Assembly (NCBI GenBank): GCA_039738415.1
Contig: JBCLLY010000002.1
Location: forward strand, 9,792-73,791
Length of the DNA stretch: 64,000 nt
Direction: 5' to 3'
Origin: Candidatus Levyibacteriota bacterium
Lineage (GTDB): Bacteria; Patescibacteriota; Microgenomatia; Levybacterales; GWA1-39-11
The notes beneath the pieces were generated by a model that worked only from the letters and a program-made list of their open reading frames with translations, was not told the origin of the DNA and did not search any database. Below are positions 62,892 through 64,000 of the stretch, piece after piece (within the stretch, counting starts at the first letter, position 1; every line of letters begins with the position of its first letter). The position numbers and the translations under genes are program-made.

Positions 62892-63950
62892 GTGGAAGAA
62901 GAATTACTGAATATAAAAAATAACGCGATGGCGCTTCTCATGGAGGCAGAAAGTCTCCCTGAGGTAAATCAGATTTATATTCAATTTCTAGGAAAAAACG
63001 GAAATTTGACCAAAGAATTGAAAAATCTTAAAAAAGTTCCTGAGCAAAAGCGTCCCGAAGTGGGAAAGCTTGCAAACGAAATAAAACTTACTCTGGAAAA
63101 TATCATTAACGATAAAAAAAATGACTTAAAACAAGGCAAGAACGATGAAAGGGCAAAAAAAATGGATATAACCCGTCCCGGTGTAAAACAGGAATTAGGC
63201 TCACTGCATTTGGTAACTCAAGCAATAAGAGAAATTTCACAAATTTTTGAAAGTATAGGATTTGAGCGTGTCCGTTATCCCGAAGTCGAATGGGACTGGT
63301 ATGCATTTGAGGCTCTAAATTTTCCCGAAAATCACCCGGCAAGAGACGCGTGGGAAACGTTTTTTATCGATGTAAAAGCAGATGCAAAAATGGGACCAAT
63401 GATACTTACTCCACACACCTCATCAGGTCAAGTGAGGGAGATGTTAAGTAGTGCAAAATCCCGCCCAGCGGGACATAAAACATCAATCCGGATGCTTAAC
63501 CTTGCAAAATGTTACAGAAGGCAAAGTGACGTTTCACATACTGAGATGTTCCACCAGTTTGAGGGATTAGTGGTTGATGAGGATATCACAATCGGACACT
63601 TAAAGGGAGTTCTGGAATACTTTGTGAAATCCTACTTTGGGCAAAACAGAACTTCAAGAATTAGACCTTATCAATTTCAATTTACCGAGCCGTCCTTTGA
63701 GGTTGATATAAGCTGTGGAATTTGCAATGGCAAAGGATGCAAGTTGTGCAAGGAGGGCTGGGTAGAGCTAGGAGGCGCAGGAATGGTTCACCCAAATGTT
63801 TTACGTGCAGGAAAAATCGACCCTGGAAAATACACCGGATTTGCTTTTGGCTGGGGAGTAGAACGCGTTCTTATGATGAAAGAGGGGCTGAGTTTGCCTG
63901 ATTTAAGGCTCATTTATTCAAACAGAATAGAGTTTTTAAAACAGTTTTAG
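62892..63950 (+). CDS. pheS: phenylalanyl-tRNA synthetase alpha subunit
   Basis: FPENHPARDAWETFFI, HTSSGQVR and GFAFGWGVERV motifs. It has a GTG start 7 nt after TATAAT (62879-62884). Confidence 0.9.
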   Translation: MEEELLNIKNNAMALLMEAESLPEVNQIYIQFLGKNGNLTKELKNLKKVPEQKRPEVGKLANEIKLTLENIINDKKNDLKQGKNDERAKKMDITRPGVKQELGSLHLVTQAIREISQIFESIGFERVRYPEVEWDWYAFEALNFPENHPARDAWETFFIDVKADAKMGPMILTPHTSSGQVREMLSSAKSRPAGHKTSIRMLNLAKCYRRQSDVSHTEMFHQFEGLVVDEDITIGHLKGVLEYFVKSYFGQNRTSRIRPYQFQFTEPSFEVDISCGICNGKGCKLCKEGWVELGGAGMVHPNVLRAGKIDPGKYTGFAFGWGVERVLMMKEGLSLPDLRLIYSNRIEFLKQF

Positions 63951-63972
63951 TTTTATGAAAAATAATAATTTT

Positions 63973-64000
63973 TATCATTTACCATATACCATTTATCATT
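63973..64000 (+). repeat. tandem heptamers at the window edge
   Basis: TATCATT TACCATA TACCATT TATCATT. The array is truncated by the window end. Confidence 0.55.

Overview
All calls come from reading the sequence and the supplied ORF track by eye; no searches or folding programs were run. The window is a low-GC, gene-dense bacterial segment. Several core proteins have reduced domain sets: ThrRS has no editing domain, trigger factor has no PPIase domain, and UvrC has no HhH2 domain. Most tRNA genes lack an encoded CCA. From these traits I infer, but cannot prove, a reduced-genome Patescibacteria/CPR-like organism.

Coding content:
- Central metabolism: a frameshifted ppsA, eno and gdh.
- A lexA-uvrB-uvrA-(transglutaminase-like)-uvrC repair block.
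- Envelope and glycosylation genes.
- A surface-protein operon.
- A visibly AT-richer accessory island at about 22.4-30.7 kb. It holds sugar aminotransferase and ketoisomerase genes, two glycosyltransferase-like genes, a methyltransferase, an APH-type kinase, two nucleoside-deoxyribosyltransferase-like proteins, a histidine phosphatase and hicBA.
- Housekeeping genes: rarA, obg, a DEAD-box helicase, tig and thrS-infC-rpmI-rplT-pheS.

The most unusual signal is non-coding and centres on the 16 intact tRNA genes:
- One tRNA-Val(GAC) gene is split in its anticodon loop by a 109-nt insert that carries a second complete tRNA-Val(GAC).
- Four tRNAs (Lys, Leu-UAA, Val-UAC, Ala) are followed by a structured spacer and a direct repeat of their own 3' end. 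The spacer is about 50-100 nt. Three of the four share the core GAGRAGTTTAT and a flanking stem that changes to match each tRNA's T-arm sequence.
- tRNA-Gln lies inside a helix of about 25 bp formed by its leader and trailer, and tRNA-Leu(CAG) is bracketed by a 7-bp leader/trailer complement.
- Several tRNAs share leader and trailer modules.

Other observations: tandem heptamer arrays that abut start codons, many apparently leaderless genes, a terminator/antiterminator-like leader, dispersed hairpin families, and gene remnants (a serine recombinase fragment, a hydrolase fragment and tRNA fragments).
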